This document shows positions 46,280-56,522 of a stretch of 64,000 bases of DNA, piece after piece. A program made the translations under genes and the position numbers. Every line of letters starts with the position of its first letter. Position 1 is the first letter of the stretch. The notes under the pieces were generated by a model that was not told the origin of the DNA, searched no databases, and saw only the letters and a list, made by a program, of their open reading frames with translations. Origin of the DNA: an uncultured Acidobacteriota bacterium (GTDB lineage Bacteria > Acidobacteriota > Vicinamibacteria > Vicinamibacterales > 2-12-FULL-66-21); the NCBI GenBank assembly GCA_963750915.1, contig CAVVSF010000007.1:1110654-1174653 (forward strand), given 5' to 3'.

Positions 46280-48543
46280 AGACCGCGCCGGCCGTCGTCG
46301 CCGCGATCGCCCTCGCGGCCGGCGCCTGGGCGATGGTGCCGCGGCAGCCGTCGCTGGCCGATCTCGCGCAGACGGCGCTTGCCAAGATCGACGGGACCGT
46401 CGAGATCCCCGGCCTGCGCGGCGAGGTCCAGGTGCTGCGGGACGAGTCCGGGGTTCCCCACATCTCGGCGACTTCGATCGAGGACGCGTTCTTCGCCCAG
46501 GGCTACGTCGTGGCGCAGGATCGGCTGTGGCAGATGGAGATCTGGCGTCGCACGGCCGAAGGACGTCTGGCGGAGATCGTCGGGCCGCAGGCCGTCGCCC
46601 GCGATCGCCTGGCGCGCCTGCTGAAATATCGCGGCGCCGCCGATGCCGCCGAGCTGGCCGCCTATCATCCCGAGGCGAAACGACTGATGACGGCGTTCGT
46701 CGCCGGCGTCAACACCTTCATCGCGCAGCACCTGAACCGACTGCCGGTCGAGTTCGTGCTCACCGGCATCATGCCGGATCCGTGGACGATCGAAACGCTG
46801 CTGCTGCGCCAGATCACGTTCGGCGACGCAGCCGCCGAGCTGCAGCTCGCACGCGCCGTCGCCGAGCTCGGCGCGGCCGAGGCCAATCGTCGCCGCAACC
46901 CGGATCCCTGGGACGATCTCGCTGTGCCCGAGGGACTCGACCTCGGCGCCATCGGCCGCGAGGTGATCGAGGCGGCGCGGGCTGCCGGACGCGTGCCCCG
47001 GCCCGAGCTGCTCGCACCCTATCGCCAGCTGGCCTCCGTCGATGGCTCGTCGCGCAGCTACGTCGTGGATCCGGGCAGCAACAACTGGGTCGTGAGCGGC
47101 GCGCTGTCAGCGACCGGAAAGCCGGTGGTCGTCAACGATCCGCACCGCGAAGTGACGCTGCCATCGCTGCGCTACATCGTCCACGTGACTGCCCCGGGCT
47201 GGAACGTGATCGGCGCCACCGAGCCGCCGTTCCTGAGCGTCGCCGCCGGGCACAACGATCACGTTGCGTGGGGCTTGACGATCGTCGGCACCGACCAGCA
47301 GGACGTCTACGTCGAGGAGGTCAATCCGGCGAATGCGAATGAGGTTCGCTGGAGAGGTGCCTGGGAGCCGCTGCGCATCGTCCGCGACGAGATCAAGGTC
47401 AAGGGCGGCCCGCCGCAGATCGTCGAGCTGAAGTTCAGCCGTCATGGACCAATCTTTCATGAAGACCTCGCGCGGCGTCGCGCCTTCGCGCTGCGGTCGG
47501 CGCTGCACGAGCCGGGCACGGCGCCGTACCTCGCCGGCCTGCGGCTGAGCGCGGCGAAGAACTGCCGCGAGTTCCTGGACGCCGCCGCGCACTGGAACGC
47601 CCCCTCCGAGAATCTCATCTGCGGCGACGTCGACGGCAACATCGGATGGCGCGCGTCGGCGCTGACGCCGAACCGTCACGGCCGGACCAGCAAGCCCTGG
47701 AACGGGCGCCTGCCGGTCCCCGGCACCGGTACCTATGAGTGGGACGGCTTCCGTCGCGACCTTCCGAGCGAGCTCAACCCGGCGTCGGGTCTGATCGTCA
47801 CGGCGAACCACAACATCCAGCCGAAGGGATTCCGGCCGCCGCTGATGTTCAAGACTGCCGACACGCGGTTCGAGCGGATCACGCGGTTGCGGCAGCTGCT
47901 CGTGCCGGGACGTACTTATTCGCTCGAGGATCATCAACGCTTTCAGCACGATGCCCTCTCACTTCGCGCCGTGGCCGATCGCGGCCGTTTTGGCGGCTGG
48001 ACGGCGAGCGACTCAGAAGTCGAGCGTGCGCGCGCAATGCTGGCGGAATGGAACGGCGTTTACGACCGTAACAGCGCCGCGGCCGCGCTCTACGAAACCT
48101 GGCGCGACCTGGTCGCAGCCGACACGGCGCCACCGGCCGGAACGACGGACAAGGCCGAGCTGACAAAGGGCCTGCGGGCCGCAGTCGACGAGCTTGCGAG
48201 GACGCAGGGCAAGGACTGGAAGACGTGGCGGTGGGGCCGCATGCACGCGCGCGCGTTTCCGCATCCGCTGACCAGGGCCTTCGACCTCCCGCCCGTCGAA
48301 CGCGGCGGCGGCGCCGGCACCGTCGCCGCGGACGGCGCGACCTACCGCGAGATCATGGACGTCTCGAACTGGGATCGGTCGCTCGCCACGAACACCCCGG
48401 GGCAGTCCGGTCAACCGGGGAGCCCGTTCTACGGGAATCTCCTTCCCCTGTGGGCCGAGAACAAGTACTTCCCGCTGCATTTCAGTTCGAAGGCCGTCCA
48501 GGCCCAGGCCAGGCATCGTCTGACGCTGACGCCGGCGAAGTAG
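46276..48543 (+). CDS. penicillin/AHL acylase family (Ntn hydrolase, S45)
   Basis: ORF 46276..48543. GSNNWVVSG, with the nucleophile Ser after the spacer; QDRLWQME; NDPH. Confidence 0.9.
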   Translation: MKTAPAVVAAIALAAGAWAMVPRQPSLADLAQTALAKIDGTVEIPGLRGEVQVLRDESGVPHISATSIEDAFFAQGYVVAQDRLWQMEIWRRTAEGRLAEIVGPQAVARDRLARLLKYRGAADAAELAAYHPEAKRLMTAFVAGVNTFIAQHLNRLPVEFVLTGIMPDPWTIETLLLRQITFGDAAAELQLARAVAELGAAEANRRRNPDPWDDLAVPEGLDLGAIGREVIEAARAAGRVPRPELLAPYRQLASVDGSSRSYVVDPGSNNWVVSGALSATGKPVVVNDPHREVTLPSLRYIVHVTAPGWNVIGATEPPFLSVAAGHNDHVAWGLTIVGTDQQDVYVEEVNPANANEVRWRGAWEPLRIVRDEIKVKGGPPQIVELKFSRHGPIFHEDLARRRAFALRSALHEPGTAPYLAGLRLSAAKNCREFLDAAAHWNAPSENLICGDVDGNIGWRASALTPNRHGRTSKPWNGRLPVPGTGTYEWDGFRRDLPSELNPASGLIVTANHNIQPKGFRPPLMFKTADTRFERITRLRQLLVPGRTYSLEDHQRFQHDALSLRAVADRGRFGGWTASDSEVERARAMLAEWNGVYDRNSAAAALYETWRDLVAADTAPPAGTTDKAELTKGLRAAVDELARTQGKDWKTWRWGRMHARAFPHPLTRAFDLPPVERGGGAGTVAADGATYREIMDVSNWDRSLATNTPGQSGQPGSPFYGNLLPLWAENKYFPLHFSSKAVQAQARHRLTLTPAK

Positions 48544-48684
48544 CGCTTCACCGCCGGAAGTCCTACCGCCTTCTTACCGGGTTTACGGCCCGGTCACTGG
48601 CGCCTCGCGCGCCTGCGCTCGTACAATTCGATCAGGCGGTCGCGCCCTTCCCCGGCGCCTCACTCACCAATCGACAGGAGCACC

Positions 48685-50502
48685 GTGGACGATCAGTACA
48701 AGTGGGACCTCACGCATCTCTATCCGACCGATGAGGCCTGGCGCGCGGCGAAGAACGCGATTGAGACGGACATTGCGCAGCTGCAGCCGTACGCCGGGCG
48801 GCTGGGGACCGAGGCTGCGGTGCTCGCCGGCGCGCTGGAGACGGTGACGCGGCTGTCGAAGGAGTTCTCTCGCGCCTACGTCTACGCCAGCATGATGTCG
48901 GACAACGACACGCGGGTCGCGAAGTATCAGGGACTGCAGCAGGAGATGACCCAGCTCGGTGCGGCGATGGCTGCCGAGGCGGCGTTCATCGAGCCCGAGA
49001 TTCTCCGGCTTGGACGGACGACGATCGACCGCTTCCTCGCCAGCGAGCCGCGGCTGGCGCCGTACCGGATGTACCTTGACGATCTGCAGCGCCGCGCCGA
49101 GCACACGCTCTCGGACGCGGAAGAGCGCCTGCTCGCCAGCGCCGGCGTGATGGCCAGCGCGCCGTCGAACACTTACGGCATCTTCTCCGACGCCGACTTT
49201 CCCTACCCGACGGTGACGCTGAGCGACGGCAAGGCGGTGCGGCTCGACAGCTCCGGCTACAGCCTGTATCGCGCCGTGCCGAATCGCGACGACCGCGCGC
49301 TGGTGATGTCGTCGTTCCTCGACGCCCTCGGCGGCTATCGCGGCACGTTCGGATCGACGCTCAACGGCCAGGTCCAGATCGACATCTTCTACGCCCGCTC
49401 GCGCCGGTATGCGCGCACGCTCGAAGCAGCGCTCGACGGCCCCAACGTCCCGACCTCGGTCTATACGCGCCTGGTCGAGGGCGTCAACCGCCACCTGCCG
49501 ACCTTCCATCGCTACCTGGGGCTGCGACGGCGGATGATGGGGCTCGACGATCTGCACTACTACGATCTGTACGCGCCGCTCGTCGCCTCGGTCGATCTCA
49601 ACTACTCGATCGAAGAGGCGCAGCGAATCGTCCTCGAGTCGCTGGCGCCGCTCGGGGAGGAGTACATCGCCGGCGCGCGGCGGGCGTTCACGGAACGGTG
49701 GACCGACTGGCACCCGGTCGAAGGCAAGCGCGCCGGGGCCTACTCGAACGGCGGCGCCTACGACGTCCACCCCTACATGCTGCTGAACTACAACGGCAAG
49801 TACAACGACATGAGCACGGTGACCCACGAGCTCGGGCACACGATGCACAGCTATTTCTCGAACCGGGACCAGCCCTATCCGACCGCGTCCTATTCGATTT
49901 TCGTCGCCGAGGTGGCGTCCACCTTCAACGAGGCGCTGCTGATCGAGCACATGCTCGAGACGATCACCGATCCGGCGGTGCGCCTGTCGCTGCTCGGCAA
50001 CTACCTGGAAGGGATCAAGTCGACGGTGTTCCGCCAGACGCAGTTCGCCGAGTACGAACTGAGGATGCACGCCGCCGCCGAGCAGGGCGAGCCGCTCACC
50101 GGCGAGTCACTCGATGCGCTCTACGCCGACATCACGCGGAAGTACTACGGCCACGACCAGGGCGTCTGCGTCGTTGATGACTACGTCGCGCACGAGTGGT
50201 CGTTCATCCCGCACTTCTACCGGAACTTCTACGTCTTCCAGTACGCGACGTCGTTCACCGCCGCCGAGGCGCTGGCCGAGAAAGTGCTCGCCGGCGACGC
50301 GGCGGCGACCGGGCGGTTCCTGAAGTTTCTCGGCAGCGGTGGGTCGAAATACCCGATCGATCTGCTGAAGGACGCCGGCGTCGACATGACCACCGACGAA
50401 CCGCTCGAGCTCACCATCGCGAAGATGAATCGGGTGATGGACGAAGTCGAGGCGCTTTCCCTGGAATGCCAGGAGCGGGGCGTTCCCGCGACCGGGCGGT
50501 GA
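48685..50502 (+). CDS. pepF: oligoendopeptidase F family (M3B)
   Basis: ORF 48685..50502. GTG start with AGGAG RBS. HELGHTMH zinc motif. Confidence 0.88.
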   Translation: MDDQYKWDLTHLYPTDEAWRAAKNAIETDIAQLQPYAGRLGTEAAVLAGALETVTRLSKEFSRAYVYASMMSDNDTRVAKYQGLQQEMTQLGAAMAAEAAFIEPEILRLGRTTIDRFLASEPRLAPYRMYLDDLQRRAEHTLSDAEERLLASAGVMASAPSNTYGIFSDADFPYPTVTLSDGKAVRLDSSGYSLYRAVPNRDDRALVMSSFLDALGGYRGTFGSTLNGQVQIDIFYARSRRYARTLEAALDGPNVPTSVYTRLVEGVNRHLPTFHRYLGLRRRMMGLDDLHYYDLYAPLVASVDLNYSIEEAQRIVLESLAPLGEEYIAGARRAFTERWTDWHPVEGKRAGAYSNGGAYDVHPYMLLNYNGKYNDMSTVTHELGHTMHSYFSNRDQPYPTASYSIFVAEVASTFNEALLIEHMLETITDPAVRLSLLGNYLEGIKSTVFRQTQFAEYELRMHAAAEQGEPLTGESLDALYADITRKYYGHDQGVCVVDDYVAHEWSFIPHFYRNFYVFQYATSFTAAEALAEKVLAGDAAATGRFLKFLGSGGSKYPIDLLKDAGVDMTTDEPLELTIAKMNRVMDEVEALSLECQERGVPATGR

Positions 50503-50530
50503 CGGCCGGCGCCACGGCCGGCCCGCGCCC

Positions 50531-50884
50531 TCAGGCGCCGGCCGGCTGCTCGGCCACGTACTTGTCGATGTCCTTCTCGAGGAAATAGTTCAGCACCGTC
50601 CTGATCGCCGCAATCGCCGCCAGCATGCCGACGTCGTCCCAGGTCGGCGAGATCGCGGTGCGCAGGACGTCGGCCGCCAGCTCGAACTCGAGCGCCAGCA
50701 GCAGCCAGATCGCGAACTGCACCCAGATCTCTTTTCGCCGCTTGACGCCCCGCCCGGCACGCGACGTGAACCGACGCACGAGCGACCACAGCGCCTCGGC
50801 GGCGCCGACGGCGATGAACAGCGCCGCGATCCCCTCGACCAGGATCGCGATGGTACTGGCAAACGTCTTGAACAGTTCTTCCAT
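50531..50884 (-). CDS. DUF1622 membrane protein
   Basis: ORF 50531..50884, 117 aa, three TM segments. The LALEFELAADVLRT motif is typical of DUF1622. Confidence 0.75.
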   Translation of the reverse strand: MEELFKTFASTIAILVEGIAALFIAVGAAEALWSLVRRFTSRAGRGVKRRKEIWVQFAIWLLLALEFELAADVLRTAISPTWDDVGMLAAIAAIRTVLNYFLEKDIDKYVAEQPAGA

Positions 50885-50931
50885 GACGAATCACGCTCGC
50901 AGGAACGGGATCGGCGCCGGCGCGATCCAGG

Positions 50932-51921
50932 TCAGGGCTGCGCCGACGGCCGGACGATGCAGCGGAAGCCGAGGTGGCAGGTAGACGTGTCGACCGGTTC
51001 GGGGAACCGCGCCGCCGGCCGGTAGCGGCGGCAGTAGTTCGGGGCGCAGAGGTGAGAGCCGCCCTTGATCACTTTGCGCGGAATGGGGATGTGCGGTTGC
51101 CGGGGATCGAGGCTCGCCGCTTCGTCGCCGCCGCGCGGATTGCGCGGGACGCAGCAGGCCTTCGGCTCCTCCGCCGCGTGCGCCTGGCTGTACCAGTCGG
51201 TGGTCCACTCCCAGACGTTGCCGGTGACGTCGACGAGGCCGTAGCCGTTGGCCGGAAAAGACCCGACGGGCGACGTGCCTTCGAAGCCGTCCTCCTTGTG
51301 GTTCTGCCAGGGGAACTCCCCTTGCCAGAAGTTCGCCATCAGCTTGCCGTCGACGCGCAGGTCGTTGCCCCACGCGAACTCGGCGCCGTCGAGCCCGCCG
51401 CGGGCGGCGAACTCCCATTCGGCCTCGGTCGGCAGCGCCTTGCCGGCCCACTCCGCGTAGGCGACGGCGTCCGAATACGCGATGTGCACGACGGGGTGAT
51501 CCTCGCGCCCCTTGATTGTCGAATTGGGGCCGCGGGGATGCCGCCAGTCGGCGCCGAGCACGAAGCGCCACCAGTTGTGAAAGTCGCTGAGGTCGACCGG
51601 GTTGGGTGGCTTCACGAACACGAGCGAGCCGGGGTGGAGCAGCTCCTTCTTCGCGCCGGGATAATCCTCGGGATTCGGCGGAATCTCTGCGAACGTGACG
51701 TGCTTCGTCTCGGCGACGAAGCGCTGGAAGTCCGCGTTCGTGACCGGCGTGCGATCGATCCAGAACCCGTCGACGCTGACGCGATGCACCGGCCGCTCTT
51801 CCGGGTAGTGCTCTTCAGATCCCATCCGGAAGGTGCCGGCGGGAATCCAGAGCATGCCGGCGTGCGGCGGCGCACCCGGGGCGGCATCGCTGTTCGCTGA
51901 GGACATGACTAACTCTGGCAT
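50932..51921 (-). CDS. formylglycine-generating-enzyme family protein (SUMF1/EgtB-like)
   Basis: ORF 50932..51984. Start taken at MPELVMSS. Motifs MLWIPAGTFRMGS, RPVHRVSVDGFWIDRTPVTN, GNVWEWT, GGSHLC. Confidence 0.88.
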   Translation of the reverse strand: MPELVMSSANSDAAPGAPPHAGMLWIPAGTFRMGSEEHYPEERPVHRVSVDGFWIDRTPVTNADFQRFVAETKHVTFAEIPPNPEDYPGAKKELLHPGSLVFVKPPNPVDLSDFHNWWRFVLGADWRHPRGPNSTIKGREDHPVVHIAYSDAVAYAEWAGKALPTEAEWEFAARGGLDGAEFAWGNDLRVDGKLMANFWQGEFPWQNHKEDGFEGTSPVGSFPANGYGLVDVTGNVWEWTTDWYSQAHAAEEPKACCVPRNPRGGDEAASLDPRQPHIPIPRKVIKGGSHLCAPNYCRRYRPAARFPEPVDTSTCHLGFRCIVRPSAQP

Positions 51922-52119
51922 GGTCTCTCGACCTTCTTCAACTCCCCGGGCCACGGCGGCAGGCCCGACGCGCCGGGACATCACCGCGAACGGCGCCGTC
52001 CGTTGTGCGATCCGTGCTATGGCTGCTGGGCAGTTGTCGAGGTGCAGGTACTCGAACCCGTTCGAGGCCGCCCGAGGACTGGATTGAGGTTTGAATCGCC
52101 CACACCGCTGCGGTCGGGC

Positions 52120-53667
52120 TCACGCCCGCCGCAGCGGCACGAGGCGTTCCGATCGGATCCGCGTCACGCGCTCGGTGATGCGGATCTGGCGCATCATCGG
52201 CGCCCGCTGGGCGATGACGTCGGCGTAGAGCGCATGCCGGAAGCGATACCCGTCCTTGACCGCGCGCGCGCTACCGCGTTCGCGGGTCGGGACGATCAGC
52301 TGGCCCCGCCGCGCCAGCGGCGTCAGGAGCTCGCGGACCATGCCCGGCCTCGTGTCGAGCGCCGCCGCGACCATCCCGGCTGAAAAGTCCTTGCCGACAG
52401 CGGCCGCCGCCTCGAGCACTTCACGTTCGCGTGGCTCGAGCTGATCGAGCTGCTGCACCACGGACTCGCCGAGGGTCTCAGGCAGGGCGCGGACGATTGC
52501 CTCGACCGGCACGGTGCGGTGCCACCCGTCCGGCGCTTCGATGACGAGGCCGCGCGCGACGAAGCCGTCGAACGCGTCGACCACGAGCGAGGGATTGCCG
52601 TAGGTGGAATCGTGGACCGAAGCCGCGAGGTCGGTCAGGCATCCGGGACCGAACCTGGCGTCGACATACCGCTCGACATGTTCGGCCGTCAGCGGCCCGA
52701 GCTCGAACGTGTGCTTTCGCGGGTTGGCGTCGGAGGTCGACATCAACCGGTGCTTCTCGTGTACCCCGGCGATCCACTCACCGGTGCAGCAGGTCGCGAC
52801 AATCAGCAGCTTCGCCGGCGCGGAGCGCGCGGCGAGGTGGTCGAGCCCCCGCAGCGAGTCGACGTCCGCCCATTGCAGGTTCTCGAGCACCAGAACGAGC
52901 GGCGTGTCATGCGACAGCGCCTCGAGCAGGCCGGTCAGCTCCTCGAGCATCCCCTGCGTCTGCACGCCAGGCGTGCGGCTCCCCTGCCACTGCGGGAAGC
53001 GCGCCAGCCAGGTCGGCGCGACGCGAGCGAGCAAGTCCGGTACGAGGCCGCGGTGCCGGCGATCGAGGCGAACCAGCGCGTCGAGGAAGAGGAAGTACGG
53101 CTCCGGATCCGACTCACGGTCGAAACACTGGCCGTAACTCGTCCGGGCGGGCCCGTTGACCTGGGCACCACGGAGGAAGACATCGCAGAGTACGCTCTTG
53201 CCGCTGCCGTGCTCCCCGGACACGATCACGAGCCGTCTCGCCGACGCTCTTGCCGCATCCAGTGCGTCCGCCAGCATGGCAAGCTCGGGACCGCGATTGA
53301 CGACGATCGGCGCCCGCGACCCGGCAGCGGCGTCGGCGCCGCGATGTTCGGCCTGGTCCGAGATGCGGCTGACGAAGGTGTAGCCACGGCCGACCGCGGA
53401 TCGAATGTAGAGCGGCGCCTTCGGCGCATCGCCGAGCGCGAGGCGAATCTCCCGCACGAGCACCTTGATGTTGTCCGGCTGGACATACGTGTCCGGCCAG
53501 ACCGCCGCCATGATCGCGTCCTTGGAAACCCACGTTCCCGCGCGATCGATGAGGCAGCCGAGCAGAGTGGAGGCCTTGCGCGTCAGCGGCAGCTCGTCGG
53601 CGCCGCGGAAGAGCCGGCCTTCGACAGGGTCGAAACTGAACTGACCGAAATACTTCATGGCTGTCAT
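52120..53667 (-). CDS. transcriptional regulator: N-terminal OmpR/PhoB-type winged helix plus P-loop NTPase (AAA_16/STAND-like)
   Basis: ORF 52120..53667. The wHTH reads FSFDPVEGRLFRGADELPLTRKASTLLGCLI...GRGYTF. Walker A is GEHGSGKS, and the Walker B-like segment is LVLVLENLQWAD. Confidence 0.8.
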   Translation of the reverse strand: MTAMKYFGQFSFDPVEGRLFRGADELPLTRKASTLLGCLIDRAGTWVSKDAIMAAVWPDTYVQPDNIKVLVREIRLALGDAPKAPLYIRSAVGRGYTFVSRISDQAEHRGADAAAGSRAPIVVNRGPELAMLADALDAARASARRLVIVSGEHGSGKSVLCDVFLRGAQVNGPARTSYGQCFDRESDPEPYFLFLDALVRLDRRHRGLVPDLLARVAPTWLARFPQWQGSRTPGVQTQGMLEELTGLLEALSHDTPLVLVLENLQWADVDSLRGLDHLAARSAPAKLLIVATCCTGEWIAGVHEKHRLMSTSDANPRKHTFELGPLTAEHVERYVDARFGPGCLTDLAASVHDSTYGNPSLVVDAFDGFVARGLVIEAPDGWHRTVPVEAIVRALPETLGESVVQQLDQLEPREREVLEAAAAVGKDFSAGMVAAALDTRPGMVRELLTPLARRGQLIVPTRERGSARAVKDGYRFRHALYADVIAQRAPMMRQIRITERVTRIRSERLVPLRRA

Positions 53668-53817
53668 CGCCCCCGGCCGCGCGCAGGCGCAGAGAGGTCA
53701 CGATATGCTGCGGGGCGGTCACGGATCCATTGGACCTAGGCCCCGACAAGCTGGGCCTTTGGTCCAATAACCTATAGCAAAATTGTGAGGTAGGGCTTCA
53801 GGCTGGTCGAAATCGCT

Positions 53818-54444
53818 TTATGCCCGGGACGACAGGCCCAGGCGGTCGGTCATACGGACGAGCTCGGCGAGGGATTCGGCCTCCATTTTGTGCATCACCT
53901 GGGCTCGGTGCACCTTGATGGTCTTCTCGGCCGTCCCAAGCTCGGCGGCAATCTGCTTGTTGAGCAGCCCGGAGGCGACGAGGACCATGACCTCGCGTTC
54001 GCGGGCCGTCAGGGTCTCGAAGCGATCCCGCAGCCGGTGCAACTCCTGGCGATCCTGGCTGCGCACGCGCTCCTGCTCGAGCGCGTGGTAGACCGCGTCG
54101 AGCAGCGCCTGGTCGTCGAACGGCTTGGTCAGGACCTCGAGCGCGCCCCCCTTCATCGCCCGGACTGTGAGCGGCACATCGGCGTGCGCGGTCACGAAGA
54201 TCACCGGCAGGTTCATCTCGGTCTGGTTCAGCATGCGCTGCAGGTCGAGGCCGCTCGCTCCAGGCATCCGGACGTCAAGCACCAGGCATCCCGAGACCCC
54301 GGTGGTGCTGCGGTTGAGAAAATCGGCCGCGTTTGCGAACGTCTCGCAGGGCAGCCCGACCGAGGCCAGCAGCCGCTGCACCGCGGTCCGGACCGAGGGG
54401 TCATCATCGACGACGAAGACGGTCGGCACGAACGTTTCAGACAT
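53818..54444 (-). CDS. response regulator, REC plus LuxR/FixJ-type HTH
   Basis: ORF 53818..54489. Start at MSETFVPTVFVVDDD (ATG 54442-54444), overlapping the kinase stop by 8 nt. C-terminal LTAREREVMVLVASGLLNKQIAAELG. Confidence 0.9.
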   Translation of the reverse strand: MSETFVPTVFVVDDDPSVRTAVQRLLASVGLPCETFANAADFLNRSTTGVSGCLVLDVRMPGASGLDLQRMLNQTEMNLPVIFVTAHADVPLTVRAMKGGALEVLTKPFDDQALLDAVYHALEQERVRSQDRQELHRLRDRFETLTAREREVMVLVASGLLNKQIAAELGTAEKTIKVHRAQVMHKMEAESLAELVRMTDRLGLSSRA

Positions 54445-56497
54445 GTTCCTCCGGCCGCGGCAGCACGACGTGGAAGGTTGCCCCGGCATCGCTGTTTGGC
54501 GTCGCCCACAGGCGCCCGCCGTGCATCTCGACGATCATGCGGCTCATCGACAGCCCGATGCCCATGCCGCCGCTCCGGGTCGTCACCAGCGGCTGGAAGA
54601 TCCGCTCCGGGTCCTCGCCGAGACCGGCGCCCGAATCGACGACTTCCGCGTAGACGTTGCCGTCATGCCGGCTCGTCGCGATCCGCAGGACTGGCGGCGC
54701 CGCGGGCGTCCGCGCCATGGACTCGACGGCGTTGAGTATCAGGTTGCAGAACACCTGCTGCAGCTGCAGCGCGTCGCCGCGCACGGTCGGCAGCGCCGGA
54801 TCGAGGGTGATGCGCGTGGCGATGCGGTGAGCATCGCACGAGCCCTGGGTCAAGGCGATGGCGCTGTTGACGATGACGTTGAGATCGAGCGGACGCCGCT
54901 CCACCGCGCCGCGCTCGAACAGGTTGCGCATCCGCTTGATCAACGCGCTGGCGCGATTGCCGTCGCGGACGACGTCTTCGAGTGCGCCGCGCACCTGCTG
55001 CATGTCGGGGTCGTCGCGGCCGAGCCAGCGCAGCGAGGCGCTGGCATTGGCGACGATCGCGCATAGCGGCTGATTGACTTCGTGGGCGATGGTCGCGGTC
55101 AGCCCGCCCATCTCGCTCAATCGGGTCAGCCGCGCGAGCTCGCTGCGCGCCTCCTGCAGCGCCTGCTCGGTCTGCTTCTGCGTCGTGATATCCATGTCGG
55201 TGCCGGTCATCCGCACCGCACGCCCGTCGCGCCGCTCGACGACGACGCCGCGCGCCAGAAACCATCGCAGGCTGCCATCCTTGTGCACCATGCGATGGGC
55301 GATCTCGAACGCCGGCGCCCTGCCCTCGATGTGCGCCTGCGCCGCCATCATCACGCGCTCGCCGTCATCGGCATGAACGCGCTTGCCCCAATCGTCGAGA
55401 TGGTTGGCGATCTCCGCGTCGCTGAAACCCAGGAGATTCTTGAGCGCCGGATCGACGTAGATCTCGTCGGTCTCGAGGTTCCAGTCCCAGACCCCCACCG
55501 CCCCGGCCATCGTCGCCAGGCCGTAGCGGCTGTCACGGGTCCTGAGCTCGCGCTCGCCGCGGCGCCGCTCGGCGAGCAGCGCCGAGAGGAACAGCAGCGG
55601 CAGGCCCATGGCGATCAGCGTCAGCTGGGTGGTGACGACGGCGTCGATCGGCGCCATCTCGACGCTGACCGCGGGATGGACATCGGAGAAATAGCGGAAG
55701 AGCGCCGTGAAGCACAGCGCGATGCCGACGCCGGCGGCGCCGAACCTGGCCGCCGCCCAGAGCAGGAACGGCAGCAGCGAGTAGAGTAGCGGCGCGCCCG
55801 TCATCGGCGTCGCGATCGAGGTGGCGATGCGTTCGCTGAGGCCGAGCAGCAGCAGCAACGCCGCCATCTCCAGCGCCTGGCGGGCGAACGGCCGCGGCAG
55901 TCGCTGCGTCTTCAGGAACACCAGGAGCGGCGGCGCGACGGCGATCGCCGACAGCACGTTGGTGACGAAGCGAACCCGCCAGTACAGCCACGGTTCGTCG
56001 ACCCAGGCCAGCGCCGACAAGGAGAAGAGCGCGAGGAAGGAGGCGACCGCCGGCGCGCCGATCACGGCGACGGCCACGAACGTCGTCACGCCGCGCAGCG
56101 TCTCGAACTGCTCGCGCCAGTCGCCGAGGCGGCGCAGCGCTATTGCGCCGAGCAGCGACTGGGTCAGGTTGCCGACGAACATGCCGAGCGAACGCCCGAG
56201 CGGCACCGGCACCGTGAAGGCGACCGCGACCTGGGCGGCGAACGCGACCAGCACGACCAGCGGCCACAGGCGGACCGGCGTCGTCAGGAAGACGCCAAGG
56301 AGCAGGACGTTGGGCGTCCACAGGATCGCGAGGCTCGGAAGGATCGGCAGCGTCAGGAGGAGATGGCCGGCGACCGCGGTCAGGTAGTAGGCGGCCGCCA
56401 GCGACGCGAGCAGGACAGCCGGCCGCAGGCGCGGCGCGATTGCCTCGCCCGCCAGCCAGTCGCTCGCCCGGCTCGTCTGCGCCAACGCCTGCATCAT
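54437..56497 (-). CDS. sensor histidine kinase: polytopic (MASE1-like) membrane domain, two PAS domains, HisKA, HATPase
   Basis: ORF 54437..56497. About 8 TM segments; H-box IAHEVNQPL; N/G boxes (FCNLILNAVES, DSGAGL, GMGIGLS). Confidence 0.88.
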   Translation of the reverse strand: MMQALAQTSRASDWLAGEAIAPRLRPAVLLASLAAAYYLTAVAGHLLLTLPILPSLAILWTPNVLLLGVFLTTPVRLWPLVVLVAFAAQVAVAFTVPVPLGRSLGMFVGNLTQSLLGAIALRRLGDWREQFETLRGVTTFVAVAVIGAPAVASFLALFSLSALAWVDEPWLYWRVRFVTNVLSAIAVAPPLLVFLKTQRLPRPFARQALEMAALLLLLGLSERIATSIATPMTGAPLLYSLLPFLLWAAARFGAAGVGIALCFTALFRYFSDVHPAVSVEMAPIDAVVTTQLTLIAMGLPLLFLSALLAERRRGERELRTRDSRYGLATMAGAVGVWDWNLETDEIYVDPALKNLLGFSDAEIANHLDDWGKRVHADDGERVMMAAQAHIEGRAPAFEIAHRMVHKDGSLRWFLARGVVVERRDGRAVRMTGTDMDITTQKQTEQALQEARSELARLTRLSEMGGLTATIAHEVNQPLCAIVANASASLRWLGRDDPDMQQVRGALEDVVRDGNRASALIKRMRNLFERGAVERRPLDLNVIVNSAIALTQGSCDAHRIATRITLDPALPTVRGDALQLQQVFCNLILNAVESMARTPAAPPVLRIATSRHDGNVYAEVVDSGAGLGEDPERIFQPLVTTRSGGMGIGLSMSRMIVEMHGGRLWATPNSDAGATFHVVLPRPEEHV

Positions 56498-56522
56498 GAA
56501 CGCTTCGCCCGCCCGGAGGCGG

